Assembly (NCBI GenBank): GCA_963707025.1
Contig: CAVPOM010000005.1
Coordinates: forward strand, 608,217 to 672,216
Origin: an uncultured Verrucomicrobiae bacterium
GTDB lineage: Bacteria; Verrucomicrobiota; Verrucomicrobiia; Limisphaerales; Palsa-1400
Reading direction: 5' to 3'
Length of the DNA stretch: 64,000 nt
Of this stretch, positions 1 to 10,543 are shown piece after piece (position 1 is the first letter of the stretch; the number at the start of each line of letters is the position of its first letter). A program made the position numbers and the translations under genes. Under the pieces are notes generated by a model. That model was not told the origin of the DNA. It ran no database searches and saw nothing but the letters and a program-made list of their open reading frames with translations.

Positions 1-1105
1 TGGAACGGTCGCGTCCATGTCAACATTCACTTGGACAGCTAGAAATGGCGCGTGGGCACCGCAGTGCATCTTCAGAAACGGCAAGTTTTATATTTATGTT
101 CCTGTGGCCCAAAAGAACGGCGGCATGGCCATCGGCGTAGCGGTTTCAACCAATGCCTTCGGACCGTTTGTGGATGCCATCGGAAAACCCTTGATTGCCA
201 ACAGCCGGGAAGACATCGATCCCACCGTGTACATTGATGATGACGGGCAGGCCTACCTGTATTGGGGAAATCCCAACCTTTGGTATGTGAAATTGAATGA
301 GGATATGATTGCTTATTCGGGCAGCATCGTCAAGGAACCCACGAAACCGAGGAATTACCAGGAAGGCCCATGGTTCTATCGGCGAAATAACAAATACTAC
401 ATGGCGTATGCGTCCACTTGCTGTCCTGAAGGCATTGGGTATTGCATGAGCGACAGCCCCACCGGCCCCTGGACGTATGAGGGAATGATCATGGACCCAA
501 ACCGCGCCTCGTCCGGGAACCATCCGGGAATCATTGACTACAAGGGGAGTTCATACGTTTTCGGCTTCAATTACTTTCTGAATCTCGCTCTGACGCCCAC
601 GCACCGTGAAAGGCGTTCGGTATGTGTGGCGAAAATGACCTATAATGCCGACGGCACGATTCCGACGGTTCCATGGTGGACCCCGGAGGGCGTTCCACAA
701 ATCGGCACTTGCAATCCGTATGTTCAAACTGATGCGGCGACCGTCTGCTGGGAAACGGGTGTCAAAACGATGAGCCGGGGCGGCGACAAGCTGGGCGTCT
801 ATGTCTCGGCCGATACCAACGGCGCTTACATCAAGGTCAAGGGTGTGGATTTCGGCGGCAAGGGGGCGGCGAAATTCCTCGCCAGCGTGGCCAGTGCCAC
901 TAATGGCAGCGCGATCGAGCTGCGGCTCGACGGTGAAACCGGCACGTTGATCGGAACCCTCGAAGTCAAGCCCACCGGAGCCGTGGACAAATGGGAGGCG
1001 CAATCGTGCCCCGCAAGCGGCGCAAAGGGCGTCCACGATCTGTATTTGAAATTCACTGGTGGCAGTTCGCCGTTGATGAACTTCGACTGGTGGAAGTTCG
1101 AGTAA
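1..1105 (+). CDS. GH43 glycoside hydrolase (xylosidase/arabinofuranosidase) with C-terminal CBM6; 5'-partial
   Basis: WAP, IDPTVYIDDDGQAYLYWG and YQEGPW GH43 motifs; C-terminal VDFG...IELRLD...GVHDLYLKF...NFDWWKF CBM6. The frame stays open to the window start (GTVASMSTF). Confidence 0.9.
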   Translation, partial: GTVASMSTFTWTARNGAWAPQCIFRNGKFYIYVPVAQKNGGMAIGVAVSTNAFGPFVDAIGKPLIANSREDIDPTVYIDDDGQAYLYWGNPNLWYVKLNEDMIAYSGSIVKEPTKPRNYQEGPWFYRRNNKYYMAYASTCCPEGIGYCMSDSPTGPWTYEGMIMDPNRASSGNHPGIIDYKGSSYVFGFNYFLNLALTPTHRERRSVCVAKMTYNADGTIPTVPWWTPEGVPQIGTCNPYVQTDAATVCWETGVKTMSRGGDKLGVYVSADTNGAYIKVKGVDFGGKGAAKFLASVASATNGSAIELRLDGETGTLIGTLEVKPTGAVDKWEAQSCPASGAKGVHDLYLKFTGGSSPLMNFDWWKFE

Positions 1106-1126
1106 ATAGAAGCAAATGAGTCTAAT

Positions 1127-2551
1127 ATGATCGGATATATTCAACTCTTAATATTCTCTGTGCTAACGGCGACTACTGTCCAAGCCGAGCCAACCTTCTG
1201 GTCGTGGGCAAAGACCCCGCCGATGGGTTGGAACTCGTGGGACTGTTTCGGCGCCGGCGTCTGGGAATCAAATGTGATTGAAAACGCCGATTACATGGCG
1301 CACTTCCTCAAGCCGCACGGCTGGGACATTATCACGATTGACATCCAGTGGTATGAGCCGCTCGCGCACACGACCGCGTATCGCCGTGGCGCCGTGCTGG
1401 AGATGGATGGGAACGGACGATTGTTGCCGGCCACGAATCGTTTCCCGATGACGGCGGCGACACACTCGTTCAAACCGATTGCAGATTATTTACATTCGAA
1501 AGCTCTCAAATTCGGTCTGCACCTGTTGCGCGGCATTCCGCGGCGGGCCGTGGCCACAAAGCTGCCCGTCCTTGGAACCTCCTACACCGCCGCCGACATC
1601 GCCAACACGAATTCCATCTGTGCATGGAACGGCGACATGTATGGCGTGGACATGACCAAACCCGGCGCGCAGGAATATTACGATTCCGTGTTCGCCCTGT
1701 TTGCATCTTGGGGCCTGGATTATGTGAAAGTGGATGACCTCTCCTCGCCATACCACAAGGACGAGATTGAAGGCATCCGCAAGGCAATTGATCACTCGGG
1801 CCGGGCGATTGTTTTTTCAACTTCGCCGGGCGCAACCCCCGTGAATCAAGGACCACACATCGAGACACACGCGAACCTGTGGCGGGTCAGCAACGATTTT
1901 TGGGATGACTGGCGCTCGCTCTACGCCCAGTTCGCGCGGCTAAACAGTTGGACGCCCTTCCGCGGCTCCGGCCACTGGCCCGACGCCGACATGCTGCCGC
2001 TCGGCAACGTTCGGGCGTGGCAGACACGGGACAACTGGACGCATTTCACCAAGGACGAACAGTTCACGCTGATGACCCTCTGGTGCATCGCCCGCTCCCC
2101 GTTGATCCTGGGCGGCAACCTGCCGAAGAACGATGACTTCACCCTCGCGCTCCTGACCAACGATGAATTGCTCGCGGTAAACCAGAACTCCGCGAACAAC
2201 CGACAACTCTTAAACACCAATAATATGGTTGCATGGATTGCGGACGTGCCGGGGTCGAAAGACAAATATGTTGCGCTCTTCAACACCTCCCCTGCGCCCG
2301 TTTCTGGCGGTCGGCGCGGTGGCGGCTTCGGTGGGCTGGGTGCAACAGCCCCGTCCTCAACAAACGCGCCGGCTGCGGACCCGCGAGTGACCGACCCCCG
2401 GGATGTTTCGGTTTCCCTGGCGGACATCGGTCTCGCCGGACCCGTCAAGATCCGTGATCTTTGGCATCATAAAGACCTCGGCACCGTCACGGGCACACTT
2501 ACGCAGGCGATTAATTCCCACGGCGCGGGCCTCTACCGGGTCCAGCCGTAG
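1127..2551 (+). CDS. GH27 alpha-galactosidase / beta-L-arabinopyranosidase, secreted
   Basis: Signal peptide; TPPMGWNSWD, DIQWY, DYVKVDD, WPDADMLPLG motifs. Confidence 0.9.
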   Translation: MIGYIQLLIFSVLTATTVQAEPTFWSWAKTPPMGWNSWDCFGAGVWESNVIENADYMAHFLKPHGWDIITIDIQWYEPLAHTTAYRRGAVLEMDGNGRLLPATNRFPMTAATHSFKPIADYLHSKALKFGLHLLRGIPRRAVATKLPVLGTSYTAADIANTNSICAWNGDMYGVDMTKPGAQEYYDSVFALFASWGLDYVKVDDLSSPYHKDEIEGIRKAIDHSGRAIVFSTSPGATPVNQGPHIETHANLWRVSNDFWDDWRSLYAQFARLNSWTPFRGSGHWPDADMLPLGNVRAWQTRDNWTHFTKDEQFTLMTLWCIARSPLILGGNLPKNDDFTLALLTNDELLAVNQNSANNRQLLNTNNMVAWIADVPGSKDKYVALFNTSPAPVSGGRRGGGFGGLGATAPSSTNAPAADPRVTDPRDVSVSLADIGLAGPVKIRDLWHHKDLGTVTGTLTQAINSHGAGLYRVQP

Positions 2552-2567
2552 AATCAGATCATATGTT

Positions 2568-4694
2568 ATGAAGACCATGAATATAATGCGCTCCTCCTTG
2601 CTTGTCGCTCTGCTGGTTTGGGCCGCCTGCCCTGCTTTTGGGCAGGTCGTTTTGACACCCAAGATTCCCCCTGCCGCGGCAAAACACTGGACGGCCGACA
2701 ACGGCAACGGCACTTACTCCAACCCCCTGTTCTATGAGGAGTTCGAGGACCCCGACGTCATCCGTGTCGGCGAAGATTATTGCCTCGCCGGCACCACCAT
2801 GCACATGAATCCCGCGGTTCAGATCATGCATTCCAAGGACCTGGTGAACTGGGAACTGGCCGGCTATTGCACGAACAAGCTCGATCTTGGCCCGGTCTAT
2901 CGCCTTGAAGGCGGTAATATCTATGGCCGTGGCATCTGGGCGCCCTGCATACGCTATCACAAAGGTCTTTTCTACATTTTCGCAAACGTCAACGGCGCCG
3001 GCTTGATGGTTTACCGTTCCAAGTCCATTCAGGGTCCATGGGAGTGGAACCAGTTGCCCGGCAGACATGATATATCAGTCCTCTTCGATGACGATGAGAA
3101 GATCTACGTCATCTCCGGTAACAACAACCCTTATCCTATTGACGAGATCGCACCGGACCTCAAGTCCTTCATCCCCAATGCCCGCCACCAGCTCGTGGTC
3201 CCGCCGGACCAACGGATGGGGGAAGGCCACCATCTCTACAAGATCAAGGGCAAGTATTACGACATTTCGGCCATCCCCGGCGGGGCAGTCAACCAGGTGA
3301 TTGCCAAGGCAGACTCTATTGATGGCCCTTGGACCGTCACGACCATGGTCGAGAGTGAATCGCTGGGCGTGACCTCCGTGGCACCGGCGAGGGCCCAACC
3401 GAACGACCGCGGCCTGTGGCTGCACCAAGGTGGCATGTGCGATACGCCCTCGGGCGAATGGTGGAGTATCATCATGTCGGACCATGGCAGCGCTGGCCGG
3501 ATGGTGTCGCTGGTTCCCATCACTTGGGACAACGACTTCCCGCTCATCGGCCTGCCAGGCAACCTTCGCAAGGCACCCAATACCTGGCTCAAGCCCAACA
3601 CTGGGTTTACTCAGGCTCCCAGGCCGGCATTTGTCCATGACGACAACTTTGACAGTGGCAAGCTGAACCCGCTGTGGCAGTGGAATCACGTTCCGGACGA
3701 TTCCAAGTGGTCTCTGACTGAAAGGCCGGGTGTGCTTCGTCTGCATTCCTTGCCAGCCACTAGTTTCTGGACTGCCCGCAACAGCCTTTGCCAGCGGCCG
3801 CCGGGGCCCGAGTCCATCATGACTGTCGAAATGGACACGGCCGGCATGGTTGCTGGCGACACGGCGGGTTTGGCGCTGTTGAGCACTCCCTATGCCTGGA
3901 TTGGCGTGGTGAAAACCGCCGAAGGCGCCACGCTCCAGATGTTCCAAGGCTCAGGTGGTGGCGGGCGCCGTGGCGGGGCCGCTGCTCCGAGCAGTACGCC
4001 TGCCCTGGGTCCGACCAATCCCCCGAGCCACCTGTGGTTGCGTGTCGCTTGCAACTTTGACACGGACGGGGCCATCTTCAGTTGGAGTGCCGATGGCAAG
4101 CAGTTCACACCTCTGGGCAAGCCCTTCACCATGACCTTCCAGTTGACTACATTCCAGGGTGTTCGTCCAGCTCTGTTCAACTTCAACACCTCAGACCAGC
4201 CCGGTGGCTATGCCGACTTTGATAACTACGTCGTGGACGAGCCTCGCGCCTGCGGCATCGAGCGAGAAATTCCCATGGGCAAGACCATCACGCTGACCAG
4301 CGGCGCTGACGGCAGCTTCTTGGCCGCCGATGCCCAAAGCAATGTCTTGGTCAATGTGGCGGCAGATTCAGCCGAGACAACGACACCCAATGTGTGTTTT
4401 CAAGTCGTTGATCTCGGCAAGGGGCGCGTTGCATTGAAGGTTGCCAACGGCCGGTTCGTCTCTGCCCCTGAAGAGGGAGTCACATTGAAGGATCTCGCGG
4501 GCAATGCACCGGGTGACGCGGAGTCGTTCCAATGGATCAACCTGATGCGCGGCGACACCATGCTCATGTCGCTTGTCAACCATCGCTATTTGGCCACCCA
4601 ACCCAACAACCCCGGACCGGTCACAGTTTCTGCTGCCGGCCCGCGCCCGGCCCGCAAGGGCGGCGCTGAGTTCCAGTGGAAAACAGCCGAATGA
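2568..4694 (+). CDS. GH43 beta-xylosidase-like protein with C-terminal beta-sandwich and fascin/beta-trefoil-like domain
   Basis: ADNGNGTYSNP..DPDVIRVG, IWAP, EGHH, WQWNH motifs; start placed at ATG 2568 ahead of the signal peptide. Confidence 0.88.
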   Translation: MKTMNIMRSSLLVALLVWAACPAFGQVVLTPKIPPAAAKHWTADNGNGTYSNPLFYEEFEDPDVIRVGEDYCLAGTTMHMNPAVQIMHSKDLVNWELAGYCTNKLDLGPVYRLEGGNIYGRGIWAPCIRYHKGLFYIFANVNGAGLMVYRSKSIQGPWEWNQLPGRHDISVLFDDDEKIYVISGNNNPYPIDEIAPDLKSFIPNARHQLVVPPDQRMGEGHHLYKIKGKYYDISAIPGGAVNQVIAKADSIDGPWTVTTMVESESLGVTSVAPARAQPNDRGLWLHQGGMCDTPSGEWWSIIMSDHGSAGRMVSLVPITWDNDFPLIGLPGNLRKAPNTWLKPNTGFTQAPRPAFVHDDNFDSGKLNPLWQWNHVPDDSKWSLTERPGVLRLHSLPATSFWTARNSLCQRPPGPESIMTVEMDTAGMVAGDTAGLALLSTPYAWIGVVKTAEGATLQMFQGSGGGGRRGGAAAPSSTPALGPTNPPSHLWLRVACNFDTDGAIFSWSADGKQFTPLGKPFTMTFQLTTFQGVRPALFNFNTSDQPGGYADFDNYVVDEPRACGIEREIPMGKTITLTSGADGSFLAADAQSNVLVNVAADSAETTTPNVCFQVVDLGKGRVALKVANGRFVSAPEEGVTLKDLAGNAPGDAESFQWINLMRGDTMLMSLVNHRYLATQPNNPGPVTVSAAGPRPARKGGAEFQWKTAE

Positions 4695-4871
4695 AATACT
4701 GCCGCAGTTTCAAACTGGTTCACCCATCAAACCCCCATCAACGATCATCACAGACCAATACCAAACGGTTCCATCAAAAGGAATATTATGAACGTCATCA
4801 ACTCCACCCTCCGGCAAGTGACAACTTGCCTTTTCCACAGACACAGCCTTGCTCCTCACTTGAAATCCCCC

Positions 4872-7014
4872 ATGAATCCTCCCTTCCATCTGGTTTCTCG
4901 CCGTGTCCTCTTCGGGCTGGCTGCCCTGAGCGCGGTCCTGGTCTTCACCAGCCAAGTATCCGCCGCCGACCCTGGCAAGATCGTCGTCCAAGTTGACAAA
5001 CCCGGCGCGAAAATCAGCCCGACATTCTACGGCCTGATGACCGAGGAAATCAATTACTCCTACGATGGCGGCCTCTACGGGGAGCTGATCCAGAACCGCA
5101 TCTTCAAGAATGCTCCTCGCGGCGGACGCGGCGGACGCGAAGGCGGCGGTCCGAGGGCCACCAACACCGCGCCAGCAGTTCCAGCGCCTGTGGCGATCCC
5201 TCACTGGTCCGTGCTCAATTCCGAGGGCGCAAAGGGAGTAGTCTCCCTGGACACGAACGATCCGATCAACACGGTTGCGCTGACCACCAGCCTCAAGCTG
5301 GACATCACCTCCGTTGGCCGCCGCCAGCGCGTCGGCGTGGCCAACGACGGCTACTGGGGCATCCCGGTTCGGCCCAACACCACCTACCGGGCTTCGTTTT
5401 TTGCCAAAGCTTCGAAGGGCTTTTCGTGGCCATTGACCGTCAATATCGAATCCAATGACGGCCAGACCACATTCGCCTCCGCCACTTTGAGCGGCGTCAA
5501 AAATAAGTGGCAGAAATACACCGTCACCCTCAAGACCGGTGACGTTCCAGCCCACCGCCGCCGCGCGCTTCGTCATTTCCGCCGCTTCCAAGGGCACGCT
5601 GAACTTCAACCTCGTGTCTCTGTTCCCGCCGACCTACAAGGATCGCCTCAATGGCGACCGCATGGATATCAGCCAACTTCTGGCCGACATGAAGCCGACC
5701 TTCCTGCGCTTCCCTGGCGGCAACTATGTTGAAGGCAATGATTATGCAAATCGCTGGGATTGGCCCCGGACGATCGGGCCGATCGAGGAGCGCCCCACGC
5801 ACATGAGCCCGTGGGGCTATCGCTCGACGGATGGCATGGGACTTCTGGAGTACCTCGAATGGTGCGAGGACCTGAACATGGAGCCGGTCCTGGCGGTCTT
5901 CGCCGCCTACACGCTCAACCGCCAGAGCTATCCCGGTGAGTACGACCGGTTCGCGCAGGAGGCAGTGGACGAAATTGAATATGCCACCGGCGGTGTGAGC
6001 ACCAAATGGGGCGCGCAGCGCGCGAAGGGCGGCCACCCAAAACCCTTCAAACTGACCTATGTCGAAGTCGGCAACGAGGATCCGGGTGGCGGCAGAGGGG
6101 GTCAGCGGGCGACCTACCCTGATCGCTTCCCCCTCTTCTATCTCGCCATCAAGGCCGAGTTTCCCAACATACAGGTCATCTCCACCACACGCAGCGGTTT
6201 TGGCAACTACAGCCCCGATGTCATTGACGAGCATTATTATATGAACTACAACAGCGCGCTGGTCAACGCCCACATGTATGACAACCGCCCGCGCACGACC
6301 ACGAACGGCACGCCGGTTCCCAGGATCTTCGTGGGCGAATGGGCCACGCGCGACAATAACAACTCCATCCCCACGCCCACATTCCATGCAGCCCTGACCG
6401 ACGCCGCGTTTCTCACCGGCTTGGAGCGCAATGCCGACCTGGTCATCATGTCCTGCTACGCGCCTCTGTTCGTCAACGTGAGCCAGATCAGCGGCCCCGC
6501 CTCCTCGATGCAGTGGGCCACCGATTTGATCGGCTACAACACCCTGACCTCCTTCGGCTCGCCCTCCTACTACGTGCAGAAGATGTTTTACAACAACAAG
6601 GGCGATGTCGTGCTCCCGATTTCGCTAACGCCGCAGATCGAGCCGGCTCCCGTCGCCACGAACGCCGAGGCGGCCGGCGGGCCGGGCGGCTTTGGCGGGC
6701 GCGGGCGCGGCCCGACTACCCCGCCGCAGACCCTGTTTGCCTCCTCGTCACTCGATGAGGCCACCGGTGATGTGATCCTTAAAGTCATCAACGCGGTGGA
6801 AACGCCGCAGCAAATGGAAATCAGCCTGGAAGGCGCGCCGGTGATCGGCAAAACGGCCAGGATGGAAGTGCTCACCGGTGGTCTGACGGAGGTGAACAGC
6901 ATCGCTGAGCCGGTGAAAGTTGCTCCTAAGAGTTCCACCATCGCCGCGAGCGCGAAGTTTGTGTGCGAATTCTCAGAGCATTCGGTTACAGTGATCCGCT
7001 TTTCGACGAAATAA
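4872..7014 (+). pseudogene. GH51 alpha-L-arabinofuranosidase split by a single +1 frameshift near 5547
   Basis: N-part GLMTEEINYSYDGGLYGELIQNR; C-part FLRFPGGNYVEG, EVGNE, VGEWA, ERNADLV. Removing one base in GTTCCAG joins the two frames (DVQPTAAARF). Confidence 0.85.
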
Positions 7015-7121
7015 CCACCCATCACTGAAGGAAAATCCCATGAGCCAGCACGTTGTTCCGGACTTTCCCCCCTTGCTGAAGAGATGAGGCAATGCCTCCA
7101 ACCAATCAACAGACAAATCCC

Positions 7122-8672
7122 ATGAGAATCCTCCTCCTCACCGCAGCTATTCTTCCCCTGGCCGCGCCCGTGTGGGCTCTCGACGGCCAAGTTGGAATTC
7201 ACGACCCCTCCACTGTAATCCAATGCGACGGCAAGTACTACGCATTCGGCACCGGCAGCGGAGGCTTGATCTCCGACGACGGTTGGACCTGGCGCAGCGG
7301 CGCCGTGCGTCCCGGCGGCGGAGTGGCCCCCGACGTCATCCACATCGGGGATCGCTACCTTGTGGCTTATGCCGGAAGCGGGGTCCACACGATGTGGACC
7401 AAGACTCTTGACCCCAACTCGCCCGACTTCGAATTTCACGACGACACCGTCGTCGCCACGGGTGACTTGGATTGCAATGCGATTGACCCGGGTTTCATGC
7501 TGGACCCCACTGACGGCAGGCTGTGGCTGACATACGGGTCGTATATTGGCTACATCCGGCTGGTCGAACTCGACCGCAAGACCGGCAAGCGCGTCAACCC
7601 GAACGACCAGCCCGTCAATATTGCCATCAATTGCGAAGCTTCGGACATGATTTATCACGAGGGTTGGTATTACCTCCTGGCCGACCACGGCTCCTGCTGC
7701 GCCGGGGCGGCCTCGGGCTACAACATCCGCGTGGGCCGCGCGATAAAGGTGACCGGCCCCTTCTTCGACAACATGGGCGTTGATATGCTCCAAGGCGGCG
7801 GCAAGCTCTTCGTCGGCTCCAGCGGCCGCGTCGTCGGTCCCGGCCATTTCGGCCTGCTCGACTTGGGCGACGGCGTGCAAAAATTCTCCTGTCATTATGA
7901 AGCGGACCTGGATCGGGGCGGCGCCAGCGTGCTCGATATCCGGCCGCTGCTATGGAAAGACGGCTGGCCCGTTGCCGGTGACAACTTCAAGGAAGGCACT
8001 TATGAAATCGAATCAATCCGAACCGGCACGGCACTGGAACTTGCCGTGGAAGGTGTCCCGGTTGGTGGCGCACGCGGCAGAGGAGCCCGCGGCGCGGGGG
8101 TTGGCAGACGAGGCGCCCCCGGCGGCGGAACCAATGGACCCGCCGGAAGCGGCGGCCAAATCGCCCCCGGTGGCCTCGGTGAAACCAACGCAGCCGGTGG
8201 ACTCGGTGCGCGCGGCGGCGGAGGGGGCGGACGAGGTATGTTCGGTGGCCAGGGTGGCGTCATTCCGCCACAGGATGTCGCCCAGGTCTCGACGAATTGG
8301 CCGGCCGGCAACATTGACACGCGCATGGCCAACTACATGGACCAAGCCCAGCAGAAATGGGCCGCTACCGCCGTCACCCATGCCGGCGGTTATCCCGGCT
8401 CCCCGTATTTCAAAATCACCATCGCCGGCACGGATCGCGCGCTGGCCGCGACCGGGGACGGAGAATTGGTTGTGCTCCCCTCCTTTACCGGCGAACCACA
8501 ACAGCTCTGGCGGCTTGATCAGCTTGCCGACGGCTCCTGGCGCATCATGCCCAAGTCTGTTCCGAATACCAAAGAACCGCTGGCACTCTCGGCCATCGGC
8601 AGCAGTTTCGCAACGCTGGCCAAATTCAATCCCGACAGCGACAAGCAACGCTGGCTGTTCAAAGCTCCATGA
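7122..8672 (+). CDS. GH43 endo-arabinanase-like protein with C-terminal ricin-type beta-trefoil
   Basis: IHDPST, APDVI, NAIDP, GPGHFG motifs; QxW repeats in the C-terminus. Confidence 0.85.
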   Translation: MRILLLTAAILPLAAPVWALDGQVGIHDPSTVIQCDGKYYAFGTGSGGLISDDGWTWRSGAVRPGGGVAPDVIHIGDRYLVAYAGSGVHTMWTKTLDPNSPDFEFHDDTVVATGDLDCNAIDPGFMLDPTDGRLWLTYGSYIGYIRLVELDRKTGKRVNPNDQPVNIAINCEASDMIYHEGWYYLLADHGSCCAGAASGYNIRVGRAIKVTGPFFDNMGVDMLQGGGKLFVGSSGRVVGPGHFGLLDLGDGVQKFSCHYEADLDRGGASVLDIRPLLWKDGWPVAGDNFKEGTYEIESIRTGTALELAVEGVPVGGARGRGARGAGVGRRGAPGGGTNGPAGSGGQIAPGGLGETNAAGGLGARGGGGGGRGMFGGQGGVIPPQDVAQVSTNWPAGNIDTRMANYMDQAQQKWAATAVTHAGGYPGSPYFKITIAGTDRALAATGDGELVVLPSFTGEPQQLWRLDQLADGSWRIMPKSVPNTKEPLALSAIGSSFATLAKFNPDSDKQRWLFKAP

Positions 8673-8731
8673 ACACCTGTTGAAAACCGGAATCCACACT
8701 TGAAAATCCAAATTCTCGCAAACGGCCTCAT

Positions 8732-9427
8732 ATGACCACTCTTCGCACCATCCTGATCCCGGCATCCGCCGTCCTGGCCGCCACCGTACTGTTGACCTCC
8801 GCCGCTGCTCAAGGCGTGCCGGCTCAGGCTCCCGTCACGCTTACGCCCCCAGACTCCCCAACCAAGGCACCCAGCCCGGAGGGTTTCCTGCAGCGCTGGA
8901 TCATCCTGGATCCAATCCGCGTCAGCGGAGTCACCCAGAGCGCCGTCCAGGCGGCGGTCAAGAAAGAGTACTTTCCCAACCAGTTCACCGTCATTCCGCA
9001 CGACGGCGACAAGGTGACTGCTGGCGACGCGGAACTCACCTGGCACGCTGTGGATACCAAGGACTACAACGTGAACCTCTATCACTTCGCCTATGCGCTG
9101 AACAAGCCGTCGTCCGGCGTCCTGTTTTGGGCCGTCACCATCGTCAACTGCCCGGAAGAAATGCGCGGTGTTCGTCTGGCCATCGGTTCCAACGACGCTT
9201 CTGTCTGGTGGGTCAACGGCCAGGAGGTCATTGGCATCTACGGTGACCGCCAGACCGTCATCGACGACGGGGTCTCGAAAAAACTCACGCTCAAAAAGGG
9301 ACCTAATGTGATACGTTGCGCAGTCCACAACCAAGGCGGCGCGACCGACTTTTGCGCCCGGTTTCTCGACGGGGATGACAAGCCGCTAAAGGGATTCACC
9401 CTGAGTGTGGGTGACGTCGGGAAGTAA
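8732..9427 (+). CDS. Secreted beta-sandwich hypothetical protein (possibly carbohydrate-binding)
   Basis: Signal peptide; LAIGSNDASVWWVNG...LKKGPN pattern typical of PA14/galactose-binding-like folds. Confidence 0.6.
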   Translation: MTTLRTILIPASAVLAATVLLTSAAAQGVPAQAPVTLTPPDSPTKAPSPEGFLQRWIILDPIRVSGVTQSAVQAAVKKEYFPNQFTVIPHDGDKVTAGDAELTWHAVDTKDYNVNLYHFAYALNKPSSGVLFWAVTIVNCPEEMRGVRLAIGSNDASVWWVNGQEVIGIYGDRQTVIDDGVSKKLTLKKGPNVIRCAVHNQGGATDFCARFLDGDDKPLKGFTLSVGDVGK

Positions 9428-9431
9428 GCCT

Positions 9432-10323
9432 GTGAAGACAGGAAGACTGCAGGTTGCGCTGATTACCCTGCTGGGCTGCGGAGTCTGTGCCGGGAAGGAT
9501 TCCTGCCTTGATTGTCACCGCATCATGGAAGGTATGATCCCAACCAAATTCTGGCGAACCTCTACATCGCCATCACCTACTATCAGTACCCCAATTTCAT
9601 GTTTTCGTTCGGCGGCGGCGGAACGGAGGATTATTCGATTGTGCCCTGCACCCTCGCCTACATGTTTCTGCAAAGTTACCAAACCAACCTTCACCTTTTC
9701 CCCAATTGGCCAGCGAACCAGAATGCTTTTTTCGGCAATTTGAACGCCTGCAACGGGTTTTTGGTCTCCAGCGCCATGACCAATGGCTTGATCTCCTGCG
9801 TGCAAATCACCAGCACAGCCGGTCATTTATTGAATCTGGCCAAACGCTGGCCGCAGACACCTTGAGCCTGAAAGCGCGCTTGGCGAGCGACGCCTCCGGC
9901 GGCAATATCGAACTGCGTCTGGGCACGACCAACGGCCCGCTGATTGGCGTCCTCACGGTGACAAACACCGGCGGGTGGCAAACCTGGACGACGGTGAGCA
10001 CGGCGTTGACGAATGCCAGTGGTGTCCAGAACCTGGTGCTGCGGTTTGTGGGCGGGAGTGGGTATTTGTTGAACGTGGAATGGCTGGGGTTCACCCCGAT
10101 CTCGTCGGCGCCGGTGCAACTGGGCTGGCAACGCAGCGGCTGGCAATTGCAGTTCAATTGGCCCGCGGACCACACCGGATGGCGGTTGGAAGCCCAGGCC
10201 AATGCGCTTGGCGCCGGCCTGGGCACGAATTGGCTGACGGTTCCAAGCTCAACCTCAACAAACACTGTTTCCATTCCCATCACCACCAATGACAGCGCCT
10301 TTTTCCGGCTCGTTTACCCTTGA
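9432..10323 (+). pseudogene. Mosaic remnant: cytochrome c N-terminus + GH95-like C-terminal fragment + partial CBM6 + C-terminal domain
   Basis: Signal peptide then CLDCH; MFLQSY..LHLFPNWP..GFLVSS fragment; IELRLG..TGGWQTW CBM6 half; ends FFRLVYP. The pieces lie in different frames. Confidence 0.6.
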
Positions 10324-10543
10324 ACTCCGGTGGCGTCAGTCTGGTTTGCGTCCGGCTCGGTTCTTGTCACGTCCTATACGTTCGAGAAAAATCCTGCTTC
10401 GAAGGAATCTCCGTGCAAAAGCCGTTCTTCGGCCGGCCTACAGCGGTTGGACAAGGATGGAGGTCTCCCGAGGGATATACGGATATATTGCAACTCCCGA
10501 CCCGAACTTGACTGAACGCTTTTTTCCGGCAGTATGGCGTGTC

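Noticed and set aside
5535..5560. Programmed frameshift in GH51
   Set aside because: No slippery sequence or stimulatory structure is evident.
10289..10543. Long N-terminal ORF extensions (also from 2403, 4788, 34102, 37974, 47938, 54688, 61805)
   Set aside because: They overlap neighbouring genes or precede the signal peptide or family start; downstream starts fit better.
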